Source: Eledone cirrhosa
Taxonomy: Eukaryota
Length of the DNA: 64,000 nt
Reading direction: 5' to 3'
NCBI GenBank assembly: GCA_964016885.1
Contig: OZ024740.1
Span: 323,330,001 to 323,394,000 of the forward strand
Shown piece by piece: positions 15,131 to 29,145 of this stretch. The first letter of the stretch is position 1. Every line of letters begins with the position of its first letter. The translations under genes and the position numbers were made by a program. Under the pieces are notes generated by a model that was given only the letters and a program-made list of their open reading frames with translations, was not told the origin of the DNA and did not search any database.

Positions 15131-15513
15131 GCAAGATCGGAAACAAGAAATATTACCAAACATCAATGAAATTAGACGACGCAGCTTAAATTGGAGAAGA
15201 CGTTAAGTAAATTGTAAGACTTTTTTTTCTCTGCTATACCTAAAATCCCTCACGTATTTAGAAAGGAAGGTGGGGTTACAAAATCCAGATCATATGTTAT
15301 AGCTCCTCGCGCCCTTAAGCCGTCACAGTGGCGCCATCCTGCCGATCATCAGATAAATTAAAAATGCCACAAACAATAACACCATTGCAATGCTGCAAAT
15401 ATTTCTACTTATCGTTAACGTTTACTCCTATTTTGCTATTTATATGCATGCACATGGCACCTTCATAGATACGAACATACACATACAGAGACACACACGC
15501 ATAGACACACACA

Positions 15514-15565
<52 letters not shown>

Positions 15566-15749
15566 TGTATGTGTATATGAGTGTCCCAGCCCGAGTGCGT
15601 GTGATTGACTGTGTGGGGAACATATAGCATCGATGGAAACTACCAGAGTATGAGGCTCTTTGAAGAGAAAGATATACATACATACATACATACATACATA
15701 CATACATACATACATACATACATACATACATACATACATACATACATAC

Positions 15750-16378
15750 ATGGTGGTGGCTGCCAACTCGTTTTCGAGTACGGCCACTACTTTATATGCA
15801 TGTAGCTGAACCCCTACCGATGCGCTGAACGAGTGTGACTTTTTAGTCCAGCCAGCGACTTGAAAATTCTGTGAAAATTCTGTGAAAATTCTGTGAAAAT
15901 TCTTGTGACAATTATTGACACATAGTGCTGGGCCCATGGTACCATGTGACGACAAGTGCAGAGAGATCTCCAGATATAAAGCAATGCCTGTGCCGTGAAG
16001 CTTTTATAGTGAGCAAAGGCACTGCACAAAGCCAGTCCCACTCTCTTAACCAAGATGATATTTACCAAAAAGAAGAACAAGTCAACATCATTGGATTCCA
16101 TCAGGGTTGCAGGTGTTATATCAGCGTTTTCCTTCTCCTAGAATTCTTCTTTGACAAAGGCTAAGGGGTCATCTCTCCCGGTGATTTTGGATGGCCATTG
16201 ACTCTTAAGAGCTCCTTTGCCCTTTGACAGGTTTTGTTTTTAGTCCTGCAGGCTGTCCAAAGTCACCCTCCTCACCAAGACACCTTGGTGGGGTTGCCAG
16301 TTTAGTCGCCAACGACCCGACCATGAGACAGGTTCTACTGGGATACATGTTACCAGTAGCACCAACTGGTGACCTGAC
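15750..16378 (-). mobile_element. Family A non-autonomous element, copy 2
   Basis: High identity to 6336-6957, with a local tgaaaattctg tandem repeat at ~15861-15903. Confidence 0.75.
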
Positions 16379-16397
16379 GTACATACATACATACATA

Positions 16398-16936
16398 CAT
16401 GATGATGGCTGCCCCCTCCTTATCGAGTATGGCCATTGCACGATATACCATTATTAATAATTATTAATTAATCCTATCGTGCAATGCCTGTGAGTGAAGA
16501 TATTTTTTAAAGTGAGGAAAAACTGTGCACTGAGCCAATCCCACTCTCTGAGCGACAGTAGCTATAACCCGAAAAGAATAAAAGATCAACATCATCGGTA
16601 ACTACCGAGCCGCAGATTTTATATCGGAGTTATCCCAGTTTCCTGAGTTGCCTTCTCCTAGAAGAATGCCTGACAAAGTCTAGGGGTCCTTCACTCCCAG
16701 TGGTTTAACCGCGCGATCGGGTGTCCAGCCCGACAATTGCTATGTCCTCACGCATATACATGCATATGTACATGTGTATATACATATTTACACACTTTTG
16801 GATGGCCGTTGACCCTTATGAGTTCTTCCGCCCTTTGTCAGGTTTTGTTTTGTGTCCTGCAGGGTGTTCAAAATCAACTTCCTCACCAAGTAAACCTGGT
16901 GGGGTTGTCGGTTTAATCGCCAATGACCCGACCATG
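16398..16936 (-). mobile_element. Family B non-autonomous element, diverged relative of A (second copy 63581-64000)
   Basis: gatggctgc..tatcgagtatggccattgcacgat and gagccaatcccactctctgagcgacagtagct are shared with 63581-64000. Homologous blocks to family A. Confidence 0.7.
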
Positions 16937-17076
16937 CATACATACATACATACATACATACATACATACATACATACATACATACATACATACATACATA
17001 CATGGTGACTGCAAACTCTGCTAAGAGTATTGCAATCGCTTGTCAGAATACAGATAATTGTTTCTACTTTTGGGAC

Positions 17077-17116
<40 letters not shown>

Positions 17117-17314
17117 GTATGCATGTATGTGTATATGAGTGTCCCAGCCTGAGTGCGTGTGATTGACTGTGTGGGGAACATATAGCATCCATGGAAACTA
17201 CCAGAGTATGAGGCTCTTTGAAGAGAAAGATATACATACATACATAGATACATTCATGTATATATGGGTACATATACGTGGGTGTGTGACTTCATGCGTG
17301 TGCAAGTGTGTGTC

Positions 17315-17361
<47 letters not shown>

Positions 17362-17904
17362 ACGCGTGTGGACGCGTGTGTGTGGACGCGTGTGAATGTG
17401 TGAGTGTGTTTATCACGGTCAGTACCGAAAAATTATGTACCATACTACGGGCTTCTACGATTATTCTACTATCGGTATGTGTTGTTTATGAAAGATATAT
17501 CCTGTATATAGGAATATATACGTAAATGCTGTGTATATGTGTATATGTGTATATGTGTATATGTGTACTCAATGGACAGGTTATGAACGTTTATATGCCA
17601 CAGATATCAATCAACAATTTCACTGTTTTAATTAAAATCTTCGTCAAAAGCTATGAATCAGTTATCTGCATTATTGCAGACTACTCAACCTTACATATGC
17701 ACATATGCCAAGATACACACACATACATACACACACACTCACAAGCACAGAGAGAGAGAGAGAGACCTCACACATATATAAGTAAATATATACATAAATA
17801 TATATATATATATACATACGTATATATGCGTAAAAACACATACGCACACACACACATATATGCATATATGCATATATACATAGATACATACGTATATATA
17901 TATG

Positions 17905-17954
<50 letters not shown>

Positions 17955-18095
17955 TATACATATATACATATATATATATATCCCTGATATATACAATCTA
18001 TTGGATACATTTACGCACATTTTTACACTCGTACATTAAATTTTATACAAAAAGTTTAAAACTCAACAACCTTAATGAAAAGTGCACAAGGGTGA

Positions 18096-18137
<42 letters not shown>

Positions 18138-18605
18138 CACACACGCACACACACACACACACACGCACACACACACACACACATACTCTCTTACTCACTC
18201 ACAAACACACATATACATACACAGAAAGCAGCCACGACATGCTTGTATGAAAATCAGCACATAGAGTAACAATTACAATTTGTTATGTATTTACATGCAC
18301 ACACGTAAATACACACACACACACACACACACATACATACATGTATGTATATATATATATGCATACAGAGATAGATTTCTATTTATTTGCCACGAGGGCA
18401 CAAAAGAAGGGGACAAATACACAGTGGGGGAGTTTACATAAATCGAGTAAAGAAAAAAGGAATAACAATAATAATATAATAATAAAAAGTCCTCAAAAGG
18501 GAGGGGGCGTGTTCGGGATTGCACATACCCCCGAAAAGTGTGCAACCCTTTTCGCAGGGGAAGCCCAGAGAGGAGGCGCTCCCCCTTTCCTCTTCACTTT
18601 TTCAC

Positions 18606-21600
18606 CTACAGAACAATGTAGAGAGAAGGCCCATTTACACGAGCCATTCTCGCTTCTTTCACCCACCTTTCATAAAACTGTCTGGGGCCAAGCACTTCTC
18701 TCTCCATCCTGATCCTTCTTCCGAAGTGGTATCGGAAGAAGTAAACCAGGTGATGGCCGGAGAGAAAGTCACCCGACCTCAGACCTTTCAGGTGCGTCCA
18801 CCACACAACCTCTTTCATCATGGCTATTACGCACAGAAAGACCGCCTCTGCTTCGTTTCTGAAGGGAGGCGGCGGCTTGATGTTCACCACAGACTCGGCG
18901 GTTAATCGAATCGGCGCCACACGCGACAGCAGTCGTTCGACGTAGCCCCACAGATCGGCAACGCCCGGGCAGTGTACCAGTGCATGCGCAACGGTTTCCT
19001 CGTCGCGCACGCATCTGGGACAGATCTTTTTCGCTGGATCCCTGCCCGGGCGCCCGTGTCTGTAGAGCTTTTCTCGAACGGGCAGAGCCCCCCGGTAACA
19101 CTGCCAGGCTAGGGACCTCTGGAAGTTGTCCATGGGTCCCGGGCCGAAAGTTCTACCGAACAGGCTGGCCAGTTCGTCCTCCTCCATGCCTAGCGACTCT
19201 CCAAGGGTGTCGTCGCCCCTGCTAGCCACCAGCCCTCTATAGAATGTCGAGGTGGATTCTCCACTGACAGTCTGGTCCGCTTGCCAGATAGCCGTGAGCG
19301 CCTGGGCACACTCGGTGTGCCAGTTGCCCAGTTTTCTCGGTCTTTGCTTCACCCAGGATTGCAGCTCGGTGAGCGAGACGAGCTGTGGGAAGGCTCGCCT
19401 CACAAACGGGGCCCACACCGGCTGACCGGTGAGGAATACCTGTAGATGCCGTAGCCTCAATGCGTGCCTACGCATCAACAGCCACGGCATACCCAGCCCT
19501 CCTTTCGAAGTGTGCTGGCAGCAGATGGATCTCCTCACCATGGAGGGCCGCTTCTCCCAGAGGAACTGGAAGAGCATGCGTTCCATGATGGTGATCTTTT
19601 CCTTGGGGCAAGGCGCGACGGTCAGGCGGTAGCAGATGACGGACGCTATGTAAGCGTTCGTCACCTCCGCCCGACCTTTCAGTGATAGTTTGCACTTGGC
19701 CCACTTCTGGGTCAGCGCAAACATCCTGCTCGTCACCTCGCCCCAATTCTTCTCCACCTGGAGGTCCGGTCCGAACCAGACCCCGAGCAGCTTCACCGGG
19801 CCCTCCGTCCACCGCCCGACGACACCGTCTAACGGCATCGGTTTGCCCCTCCACGTTCCGAGTTGCAAACCGACTGACTTGTCCCGGTTCAGCCTAGCCC
19901 CCGTCAGCCTTTCGTATTCCTCCAGTAGGGTGGCGATCGCCCCGATTTCCGAGGCGTCCGCCACCATTACTGTTACGTCGTCGGCATAGGCCGAGACCGC
20001 TTTGTGCATTCCCGGTTCCAGGGGTATGCCCCGCAGCAACTCCAACTTCCGCAGCAGTGGCTCGAGAGTCAATACGTACAGAAGGGAGGAGAGGGGGCAC
20101 CCCTGTCTGATGGACCGGGTGATTTGAAACGGCTCCGAGAGGTAGCCGTTTACTTTAATCCTAGAGTAGATGTTGCCACTGTGCATGGCAGAAATCCAGC
20201 CCCTGAAAACGGATCCGAAGCCCGCCGCCGCTAGCACCGCATCCAGGTAACCATGGTCGACCCTATCGAATGCCTTAGATTGATCCGAGTTGATCAGGGC
20301 CCCGTCAAAGCCGGGTTCGTTCCCAACCCTCTCTATGATGTATCGCATGAGGTGGAGGTTGTCGTGAATGGACCTGGACGGGATAGCGCATGTCTGCGCG
20401 TCTCCCACCAAACCACCCACCACAAGCGCCAACCTCTTCGCCAACACCTTGGCCAAAATCTGTAACTCTGCATTCAGCAGAGTTATGGGCCTAAAGTTAC
20501 TTAAGTCGTCCCCCTTGCTCTCGTCCTTCCTCACTAGCGTGACCACGCCCTTGGTCACAGAACAGGGAATTCTCCCGTTCTGTTGCCAGTTGCAATAGAC
20601 AGCCTCGAGGAGTTCGGAGAACAAGACCGGCATAGCTAAATAAAGTTCGTATGGTAGACCATCGAGACCCGGAGATTTGCGTCTGCTGCATTGGCTGAGC
20701 GCTTCCCCGATTTCAGTGGCTGTGATTGGCCTTTCGCAGCACTCCGCTTCGCCGCTCGAAAGACGTGGTAGACCGTCGAGGTATGGACCGAAGTCCACAT
20801 CCCCGTCCGGCCCCCCGCCCCCTCCTAACAGTCGAGCAAAGTGCCTTTGAAAGGCCTCGCACATCCGCTCAGGTTCAAGGATCACCCGTCCATCCTGGTC
20901 TGGCAAAGACCGAATGGTGGATTTAATCCCACTCTTGGCCTCTGTCACGCGGGCCCAGCTAACAGCTTTGGTCCCCTCGTTTCCTAAAGCACGTATTTTA
21001 CTTCGGACAACGCAGCCTTCGTGCTTCGCGTCAAAGAACTGGCTCAACGCCGTTCTCGCCGCTAACACTTTGGCTACGTATCCGCTCCTAATCGCCTCTT
21101 CTAGTTTATCTGTTAACTCCCTTTCCTTCCTATTTCTATTCGCCGCTAGTTCCTTACTGTAACCTATCGAACTTACTCTAATCTCTCTCTTTAGAGATAC
21201 CCACCACCTACTGTTGACGATCGCTCCCGTCATCCGCATCTTAACTAAGCTACTAATCCGGTTCCTGTAATCTTTCTTTGCCGGCAAGGACAAGTTCATC
21301 TTCCAGTAACCGGGACCCTGTCTATGCGTTCTATCAAGGTTGACCACGCAGGTCACTAATTTGTGATCTGAATAGCCAACCATGATCAATTCTGGACAAC
21401 TAAATACGTCCCTATCCTTACTCCTAACCAAAAACCTATCTAGGTACGATCTAGATTGTCCACTGCGGTTTGCCCAGGTCCAGGTTGGCGCAGTTGGACA
21501 ATCTAGTCGAAATCTATCGACCAGGTCGAATCGATCGAGTAACCCCTTGAGGCTGCTACACCCCACTCTATCGGGACATGCCCCTGCATAGTCCCAACGC

Positions 21601-22040
21601 GCATCTAGGATTCCATTCCAGTCCCCCACTAAAAGCAGGGAACGCGACGTTCCTAGAAAAGTCTCCAGTCGCTGGAAGAAGTCGGCTCTTTCAGCCCCGA
21701 AGGGGGCATAAAGACCGACCAGTCTGAAAGCCCCGCCTTCACCGCCTCCGACGTCCAGCACCAGTAATCGACCCCCCGGGTCCGAGTGAACAATCTGTAC
21801 GTCGAGAGCCAGACGTTTATCCAGCAGTACGGCAACTCCCCCCCCCCCCCCGCCTCCGGGTTGACAGAGAGATGCGTGCATCTCAAAGTCATCGAAGGCG
21901 GGAGCCAGCTGTCGCACGCTGCTGATCCGACTCTCGCAAACAACCATCACATCTATACTTCGTGACCTGAGGTCACTTAGTAGCTTTGCTTGCTTCCAAG
22001 CTGAGCCCAGGCCACGCGCGTTCAAACAGCCAACTCTCAA
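18606..22040 (-). CDS. LINE ORF2: APE endonuclease + reverse transcriptase + C-terminal CCHC (zf-RVT-like) domain, uninterrupted 1144 aa
   Basis: LNARGL, VGDWNG, SYLDRF, SDHK (APE). KSPGLDGL, FRPITLLN, KAFDRV, RQGCPLS, AYADD (RT). CPRC...HALVHC. Confidence 0.95.
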   Translation of the reverse strand: MRVGCLNARGLGSAWKQAKLLSDLRSRSIDVMVVCESRISSVRQLAPAFDDFEMHASLCQPGGGGGGGVAVLLDKRLALDVQIVHSDPGGRLLVLDVGGGEGGAFRLVGLYAPFGAERADFFQRLETFLGTSRSLLLVGDWNGILDARWDYAGACPDRVGCSSLKGLLDRFDLVDRFRLDCPTAPTWTWANRSGQSRSYLDRFLVRSKDRDVFSCPELIMVGYSDHKLVTCVVNLDRTHRQGPGYWKMNLSLPAKKDYRNRISSLVKMRMTGAIVNSRWWVSLKREIRVSSIGYSKELAANRNRKERELTDKLEEAIRSGYVAKVLAARTALSQFFDAKHEGCVVRSKIRALGNEGTKAVSWARVTEAKSGIKSTIRSLPDQDGRVILEPERMCEAFQRHFARLLGGGGGPDGDVDFGPYLDGLPRLSSGEAECCERPITATEIGEALSQCSRRKSPGLDGLPYELYLAMPVLFSELLEAVYCNWQQNGRIPCSVTKGVVTLVRKDESKGDDLSNFRPITLLNAELQILAKVLAKRLALVVGGLVGDAQTCAIPSRSIHDNLHLMRYIIERVGNEPGFDGALINSDQSKAFDRVDHGYLDAVLAAAGFGSVFRGWISAMHSGNIYSRIKVNGYLSEPFQITRSIRQGCPLSSLLYVLTLEPLLRKLELLRGIPLEPGMHKAVSAYADDVTVMVADASEIGAIATLLEEYERLTGARLNRDKSVGLQLGTWRGKPMPLDGVVGRWTEGPVKLLGVWFGPDLQVEKNWGEVTSRMFALTQKWAKCKLSLKGRAEVTNAYIASVICYRLTVAPCPKEKITIMERMLFQFLWEKRPSMVRRSICCQHTSKGGLGMPWLLMRRHALRLRHLQVFLTGQPVWAPFVRRAFPQLVSLTELQSWVKQRPRKLGNWHTECAQALTAIWQADQTVSGESTSTFYRGLVASRGDDTLGESLGMEEDELASLFGRTFGPGPMDNFQRSLAWQCYRGALPVREKLYRHGRPGRDPAKKICPRCVRDEETVAHALVHCPGVADLWGYVERLLSRVAPIRLTAESVVNIKPPPPFRNEAEAVFLCVIAMMKEVVWWTHLKGLRSGDFLSGHHLVYFFRYHFGRRIRMEREVLGPRQFYERWVKEARMARVNGPSLYIVL

Positions 22041-22045
22041 TTGAT

Positions 22046-23888
22046 CTATTTTGGTGTTGAAAGTGAGGAAAGAAAAGCACCTACCTCTCCGGGCTGTGTA
22101 ATTTCCATGGCGTCAGGTGTGTTGGGTGGAGGGATGTTTTGTGGTGGTGTGGGGGTGCCCGAGTGTGGTGGGGTTGGGGTGTTTGGAGTTGTGTTAGGGA
22201 GAGGGGAGGTTATGGGGAAATCTTTCAAGAGGACGCGATTTAACGGTTTTAAACAGGGGGGGCTCACGTCCTGTCTAAATTGTTCTTTTAAGGAACGATA
22301 AAGGTCCAGAGGGACCTTTATCATTTTTAAATGGGTGAAGTTCTCTGTTGAGATAAAGTTTGGCCCTTCGGTCTGCACCAAAGGGCTATTGTTTATTAAT
22401 TTAAACAGTTTTTTGTTTTCTTTATTTATATATGTGTATTGCAACGTCTTTTTTTGTGATGCTGTCAATGTTTCGGAGAGGGGAGGCGCAGATTTATTTT
22501 TGTTTGTTGAGGGTGGGGTGTTTTTTATTGGAGTTGGTGTTTGTGTGTGGGTTATTTGTGGTGTGCTGGGTGTGTGCTTTCTTTTTTTTCTTTTAACTTG
22601 TCTGAAGGCTTCCCCTCCTTCTTCTTCAGAAGTTGGGGGAAACTCTTCAGCGCTAGGTGGGAGGGACGTCGTGTCTGGTTGTTTTTTTGTTTTTTTTTGC
22701 GGGAGGGGTAGATTTGTTGCTGTTTTTTTTATTATTTGTTTGGAATGCGTTTTGTGGTGGTGGTGGTGCTGTTTGTGTCGTGCTTGTGGTTGGTAATGGT
22801 GGTGGTGGTGTTTGTGTTGGTGATGGTGGTGGTGAGTTTTGTGTCGTGCTTGTGTTTGGTGCTGGTGGTGGTGATGTTTGTGTTGTGCTTGGTGGTGTTT
22901 GTATTTTGTTTGCTGTGTGTGGTATTAGTGTATTTTTGGAGGTGGGTGGTGTTGGTGTACTGTTTGTGATGGGTTTGGGCAATAGTCCTTTTTGGGGGAT
23001 ACGTTTCGGGCAGTTAGCCTTAATGTGTCCCCTTTCCGTGCATAAATAGCATGCTGGTCTTCTCCCCTCTACAATTATATCTATTGGGGTGAGCTCATCC
23101 AGCCAGATGCGATCCGGGATTTGTGCTATTCTTTCGGGCCTCATTTGGACTAGTAGGTCGAGGCCCATTCCTAGGAACGCATCTCCGGATGCCTTCCCCA
23201 TTGACAGCACTGTGTCCTCGCCCATGTCTATGAAGCCAGCAATAGCCCACCAGAAGTCCATTGTGGGCAGCATTGTTTGTATTTTTACTCTCTGTGTTCT
23301 TCTACCCATGTAGGAGGGATAGAAGCTGTATGTTGTCGATGAGAGTGGGCTTAGGGAAAGCTTCTCCGCCGTTTCCTTGTCTTTTGTTAGGACCGAAATG
23401 CTGCCATAGAGTCGGTCCTTTCGTATGAAGAGAATATTCTTCATATAGTCTTTTAGGACCAACTCTATCTCCATTTGGCTGGGCTGTGCTGGCTCTCTTG
23501 TTTGGTTTAGGATTGTTCTGAAGAGAACTGTGTTCTCTGTTCTCGCTTTCTTGAATTCTGGGGGGGGGGGGGGGGGGTTAATGGAAAACATTCCGTTCTC
23601 CCCCAAAACAATGTATTTCTTTGCTTCGGCCAGTTTTTCTCTGGCGGCCGTTAGGTCAATTGGTTTGTATGTAATGGATTGTTTTGTTTTCTGGGCGAAA
23701 GTTGCCCTGTTGTTATTTGTATTATTTTCTGTTTGTTTGTTTTCCGTTTGCTCATTTTCTTTAACATTTGTTTTTTCATTTTCTTTGTTTGTTTCGTTGT
23801 CTAATTTTGTTGTAATTATTTTTTGTTCTTCAGACTTGGGAGGCGTGGAAGAGCTAATGGCAGACATGTCTGCCATCTTTTCCGCCAT
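22046..23888 (-). CDS. LINE ORF1 (gag-like, CCHC zinc knuckle, Pro/Thr-rich tail), split by one homopolymer frameshift near 22690-22730
   Basis: CYLCTERGHIKANC knuckle, ATG at 23888. After the A-runs an alternative frame reads PDTTSLPPSAEEFPP...LSETLTASQKK into ORF 22046..22468. Confidence 0.82.
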
Positions 23889-24565
23889 GCTGCCAAGAAC
23901 GAAATTTTTCGGCAAAAATAGATATTTATTTTACCCCCTAAAAAGGGGGTAAATGCAAAAATGTTTCCCTAAATAACAGGGGTTAGTGTTCCAAATGTGT
24001 TGCACTGAAAAATTTATCCGGTACTTACAATAGTAAGGGTAAATCCCGATGGAATAGCGGAGCCGATGTGAAGCGTGTCTTACTCTATCAAGATAGATAG
24101 ATAGATAGATAGAGGGACACATTAAGACTATTAAGACCGATATTCAACCAATCATCCCCTAACAAAAGACCGCTGGGTGGTAAAGCTTCAACCTTTTTCA
24201 TGGCAACAGGGAAAAACTTTCCCATTTTGCCATTGAAACAGCTTACGCTTAACCATCGGCCATTTTATCCTCTAATATGTATTATATACATACATATATA
24301 GATGATGATGATGATGGCTGCCCCCACATACATAGATACATACATACAAATGCACTCCTGGGAATGTGAGTTTAGTTCGCCTGCAGTAGTGAATACAGTT
24401 CTTCCGCCACAGAATATATACATAAGGTATTTCGGTTATGTTACACCTAAGGTTCTGGGTTTATATTCAGACACTAATTTATCTCCCTTAAAATTATTTA
24501 ACCTTTTCCTGACATCTTCTGTGTTGAAGGGATATCTATCACTATTTTTATCATTTTTATATCAT

Positions 24566-24679
<114 letters not shown>

Positions 24680-25149
24680 TGTGTGTCTGTGTATGTGTGT
24701 ATGTGCATGTGCATGTATGTATATATATAGATGTATATAGTTATAAATATATATAGAGAGAGGGGGAGAAAAGAGAGAGAGAGACAAGAGAGCGGAGATA
24801 TTTATTAAAAAACTAAAAATTTAGCATGTTCACAACAAATATTTCGCTGCATACGACAATATTACATTCCTCAGGCGAGCCGCCATGATTGTGAAAAAAA
24901 CACGAACTCAGTCTTCAGGTGAATGTGTGAATAGTTGAGGGGGAGAGAGGGGGAGAAAAAGAGTTGAAACGTGACAAGTGAAAGTGTTGAGCAAGAGGGT
25001 ATGCAAACTGAAGAATGATTGACTCGAGTGTTGATCAGGGGAGGTAATCCCCAATATATAGCTTAAGATGGCCTGTCCGAGGTTGTATTTAATATGAGGC
25101 TTCTGAGTATTTTAATGGTAATAGTTTTATTCATTTAATGTTGTGACTG

Positions 25150-26062
25150 TTGTAATAACTCACAACTATGTAGATGGACTGCTTCACAGGTGAAAGCTCA
25201 CTCTTCCATAAGAATTTAAAGACCAGGCGCTCTAATTTGGTGAGGTTCCTGAATGGAGCAATGCACGATAGTTACGTTGTAATAGATAACTGACGTGATG
25301 TACGCGTTCACCACTTCCACCCGAACTTTCCTCTCAGCTTATTTTTGGGTGAAAATGGCTACCCTGCTTGTTATCTCGTCGCGTTTCTTATTCACTTGGA
25401 AGTCAAGACTAAACCAAATACCGTGTAACTTCACCTTTCCGCTTGGTTACCATCCGAGGACGCTGTCGAACGGCATGGATTTGTCTCTCCAGGTGCCGAG
25501 TTGCAAGCCCACTGACATCTCTGGGATGATCTTTGTTCCCGTCAACGTTACATATTCCTCTAAGAAGTTGCTGACCACCTCGATTTCCGCAATAATGTCC
25601 TGAAAGTCTGGGACAACATCTACGGCCCGAGCACGTGATCTGGAACGATTCCGATAGGTGGCCATTTAACGATTCCGATAGGTGGCCATTGACCACGCAG
25701 ATGCCGCTATGCATTGCTAGAATCCAGTCTCTAAGACGGAACCGAAGCCAGCTGTCTTGAGGACACCCTGCCGGTATCGATGTTCGACCCTATCGAAAGC
25801 TTTCGATTGATCCAAATTGCACAGAGTCCAACGAAGCCAAGTTTACATCCTACCCTCTCTCTCTGGTGTATCGCATGAGGTGTACGTTTTAGTGTATGGA
25901 CCTGGTCGTGTTTGCTCAAATTAGCGCTTCTCCCACCAAGTCTTGACGATAATCGCCAACATCGTTGCTAGCACCTTGACCAAAATCTCAAACTTAGTGT
26001 TCAGTAAAGTTATGGGCAGAAAATTATCTATAATGTTCTCCCTGTTTTTGTCGCTCTTCATC
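25150..26062 (-). pseudogene. Highly decayed Tx1-type RT fragment
   Basis: Remnants of FLPITLLN, KAFDRV, VNGHLSE, SVGLQLGTWRDKSMP homologous to the intact ORF2. Confidence 0.8.
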
Positions 26063-26070
26063 TATATATA

Positions 26071-26141
<71 letters not shown>

Positions 26142-26615
26142 ATATATAATGATGATATGCACACACGCACATATACATATTTATGTGTGTGTGTGTGGTG
26201 TCCGCCTCAACAAGTTTTGCTCGATGACCGAAAGAGTTAAAATAATCAAAAAATTTAAAATAATTCAATAATCAGAGCTATTTATCAAATTGAAAATAAG
26301 AGGAAATAATAGACAAAAATATGACTAGTTTTTTCTTCAAAGTCCCGTCTGCAGTTTCGCCGAATCTGTTTGCAGCGATTTATACACTATAGAAGTCCAC
26401 CATCGCTGTGAGCTTGATAAGGCTTATCAAGAAACTCCTCAGAAAAGAATATTTCTTGACGCGTTCGTAGGAAGCGAGACATTCTCGAGGAGCGGAGGGA
26501 GAAATTAACACGTGGTACAGTGGCCACAGAAACGTTGTAAAGGTGGACAATAAGCAAGTATTGTATTTGCTAGGATAAGTAGTTAGCACACGCATGGGGC
26601 AGTTTGGGACAATGT

Positions 26616-26797
26616 AATTGTTTCTACTTTTGGCACAAGGCCAGCAATTAACCCAGTGCATTACTGGTACTTTATTTTATCGACCCCGTAAGGATGAAAG
26701 GCAAAGTTAACCTCGGCGGGATTTGAACTCAGATCATAAAGTAACTCAATGCTTCAAAGGTAACTCAATGCTTCAAAGCATGGCGCCCGACCCTCTA
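26616..26797 (-). mobile_element. SINE copy (same family)
   Basis: aattgtttctacttttggcacaagg...gggatttgaactc; small internal duplication gtaactcaatgcttcaaag. Confidence 0.8.
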
Positions 26798-27047
26798 ATA
26801 ATAATGATATATACCACACATATGTATATGTGTGTGTTTGGTGTCCGCCTTAACTAGTTTTGCTCCTTAACAAGTTTTCATTATATATATATACTGAGAT
26901 GCATGTACCCAACCTGTACCCAACCTGTACCAACCTCCTCCTTCCGTGTCTAAGACATATAACATTTAATTTACACCGAGGATACCTCCAAATTTACATA
27001 TTCGATGTATTATATCTTGTGAAACACATCACCTGAAGCTCATTTGG

Positions 27048-27122
<75 letters not shown>

Positions 27123-27664
27123 CCTCTCTCTCTCTCTCCCTCTCTCTCTCTCTCTCCACCTTTCATCCCTCTCTCTCTCCACCTTTCATCCCTCTCTCTC
27201 TCCACCTTTCATCCCTCTCTCTCTCCACCTTTCATCCCTCTCTCTCCCTCCCTCTGTGACTCAGTCTCTTTCTCACTGTCTCTGTCAATATCTCTCTATC
27301 TCTTTCTATATTTTATTAATGGTAAGTTCCTATCTAACATTGTTTGACACTTCCTACAATAACTGTAAATTAAGTTTTAATAAAACTACCACAGTGAAAC
27401 TCCCAAGGAATCACATGTTTCTCTTTATCTTTCTTTCTAATCAAGTTTGAACGAATGAAAATCACAAACTGCTCTTTAGGCTTTTTCCTAGGAAAACAAA
27501 TCTGTGATGACTATTTTCTTATCCAGATAACTCTTGAACTTCACCTGATAACTAAGATATCCTACATTATCAATATACAGGAAACAACACATTGCCAAAC
27601 GATCACACACACACACACACACGCACACAAACACACAAACACACACACACACACAAACACACAA

Positions 27665-27696
<32 letters not shown>

Positions 27697-27711
27697 GCAT
27701 ACATACATATA

Positions 27712-28453
<742 letters not shown>

Positions 28454-28488
28454 GCTTACTCCTGTTTTTACCAAAACAATCTTTTCCG

Positions 28489-28555
<67 letters not shown>

Positions 28556-28557
28556 TT

Positions 28558-28588
<31 letters not shown>

Positions 28589-28803
28589 GGACAGAAAAAT
28601 CTTGAAAAACATAATTTCATTTAAATAGATATCGCCCTAGGCTATATTTATCGACAGAGCACTGTAGTAAAGAAACTCTCTCTCGCAACTACGTAGCTTT
28701 AGATTTGATCCCTCTGTGCGGCAGCTTGAGGCAAGTATCTTCTACTCTACTTAAGTGTTAATGCTTAGTGAGAGAAATTTAGTAATGTAAAGTCCATTAT
28801 ATA

Positions 28804-28880
28804 CATGGTGTCTCAGAAAAATGTTTACACATATTTATTAGAATGCTGTTGAAGTGTGTATACATTTTGGGGGGACACCC

Positions 28881-28882
<2 letters not shown>
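28804..28882. mobile_element. Short Tc1/mariner-like MITE (related copy ~35020-35108)
   Basis: catggtgtctcagaaaaatgtttacac / gtgtatacattttggggggacaccctg inverted termini, preceded by TA. Confidence 0.55.
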
Positions 28883-28930
<48 letters not shown>

Positions 28931-29145
28931 TATATATGATTTAATATATTGTGTACCCTATTCACTCTTGTTATCCCTGATTTAACCCTCTCAATCTCCC
29001 CCCCCCCCTCTCTCTCTGTATATATATATATATATTTATATATAGGAAAAGTAAATAGCAACAACAAGGAGTACAATTACGAAAGGTGTTAGGTATTAGG
29101 TTCACGCTTGATATATATATATATGTATACATTATATATATGGAA

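Larger units (their letters stand above)
18375..24090 (-). mobile_element. Near full-length Tx1/L1-type non-LTR retrotransposon (5'UTR, ORF1, ORF2, 3'UTR ending aataaa)
   Basis: GC-rich island with two ORFs. The 3' end ccccttcttttgtgccctcgtggcaaataaat matches the 3' end of the copy at 42850-42883. Confidence 0.92.

Noticed and set aside
24835-24885. Minus-strand CTGAGGA...GAAA hammerhead-like word
   Set aside because: Stems I-III do not pair convincingly; at best a decayed remnant.
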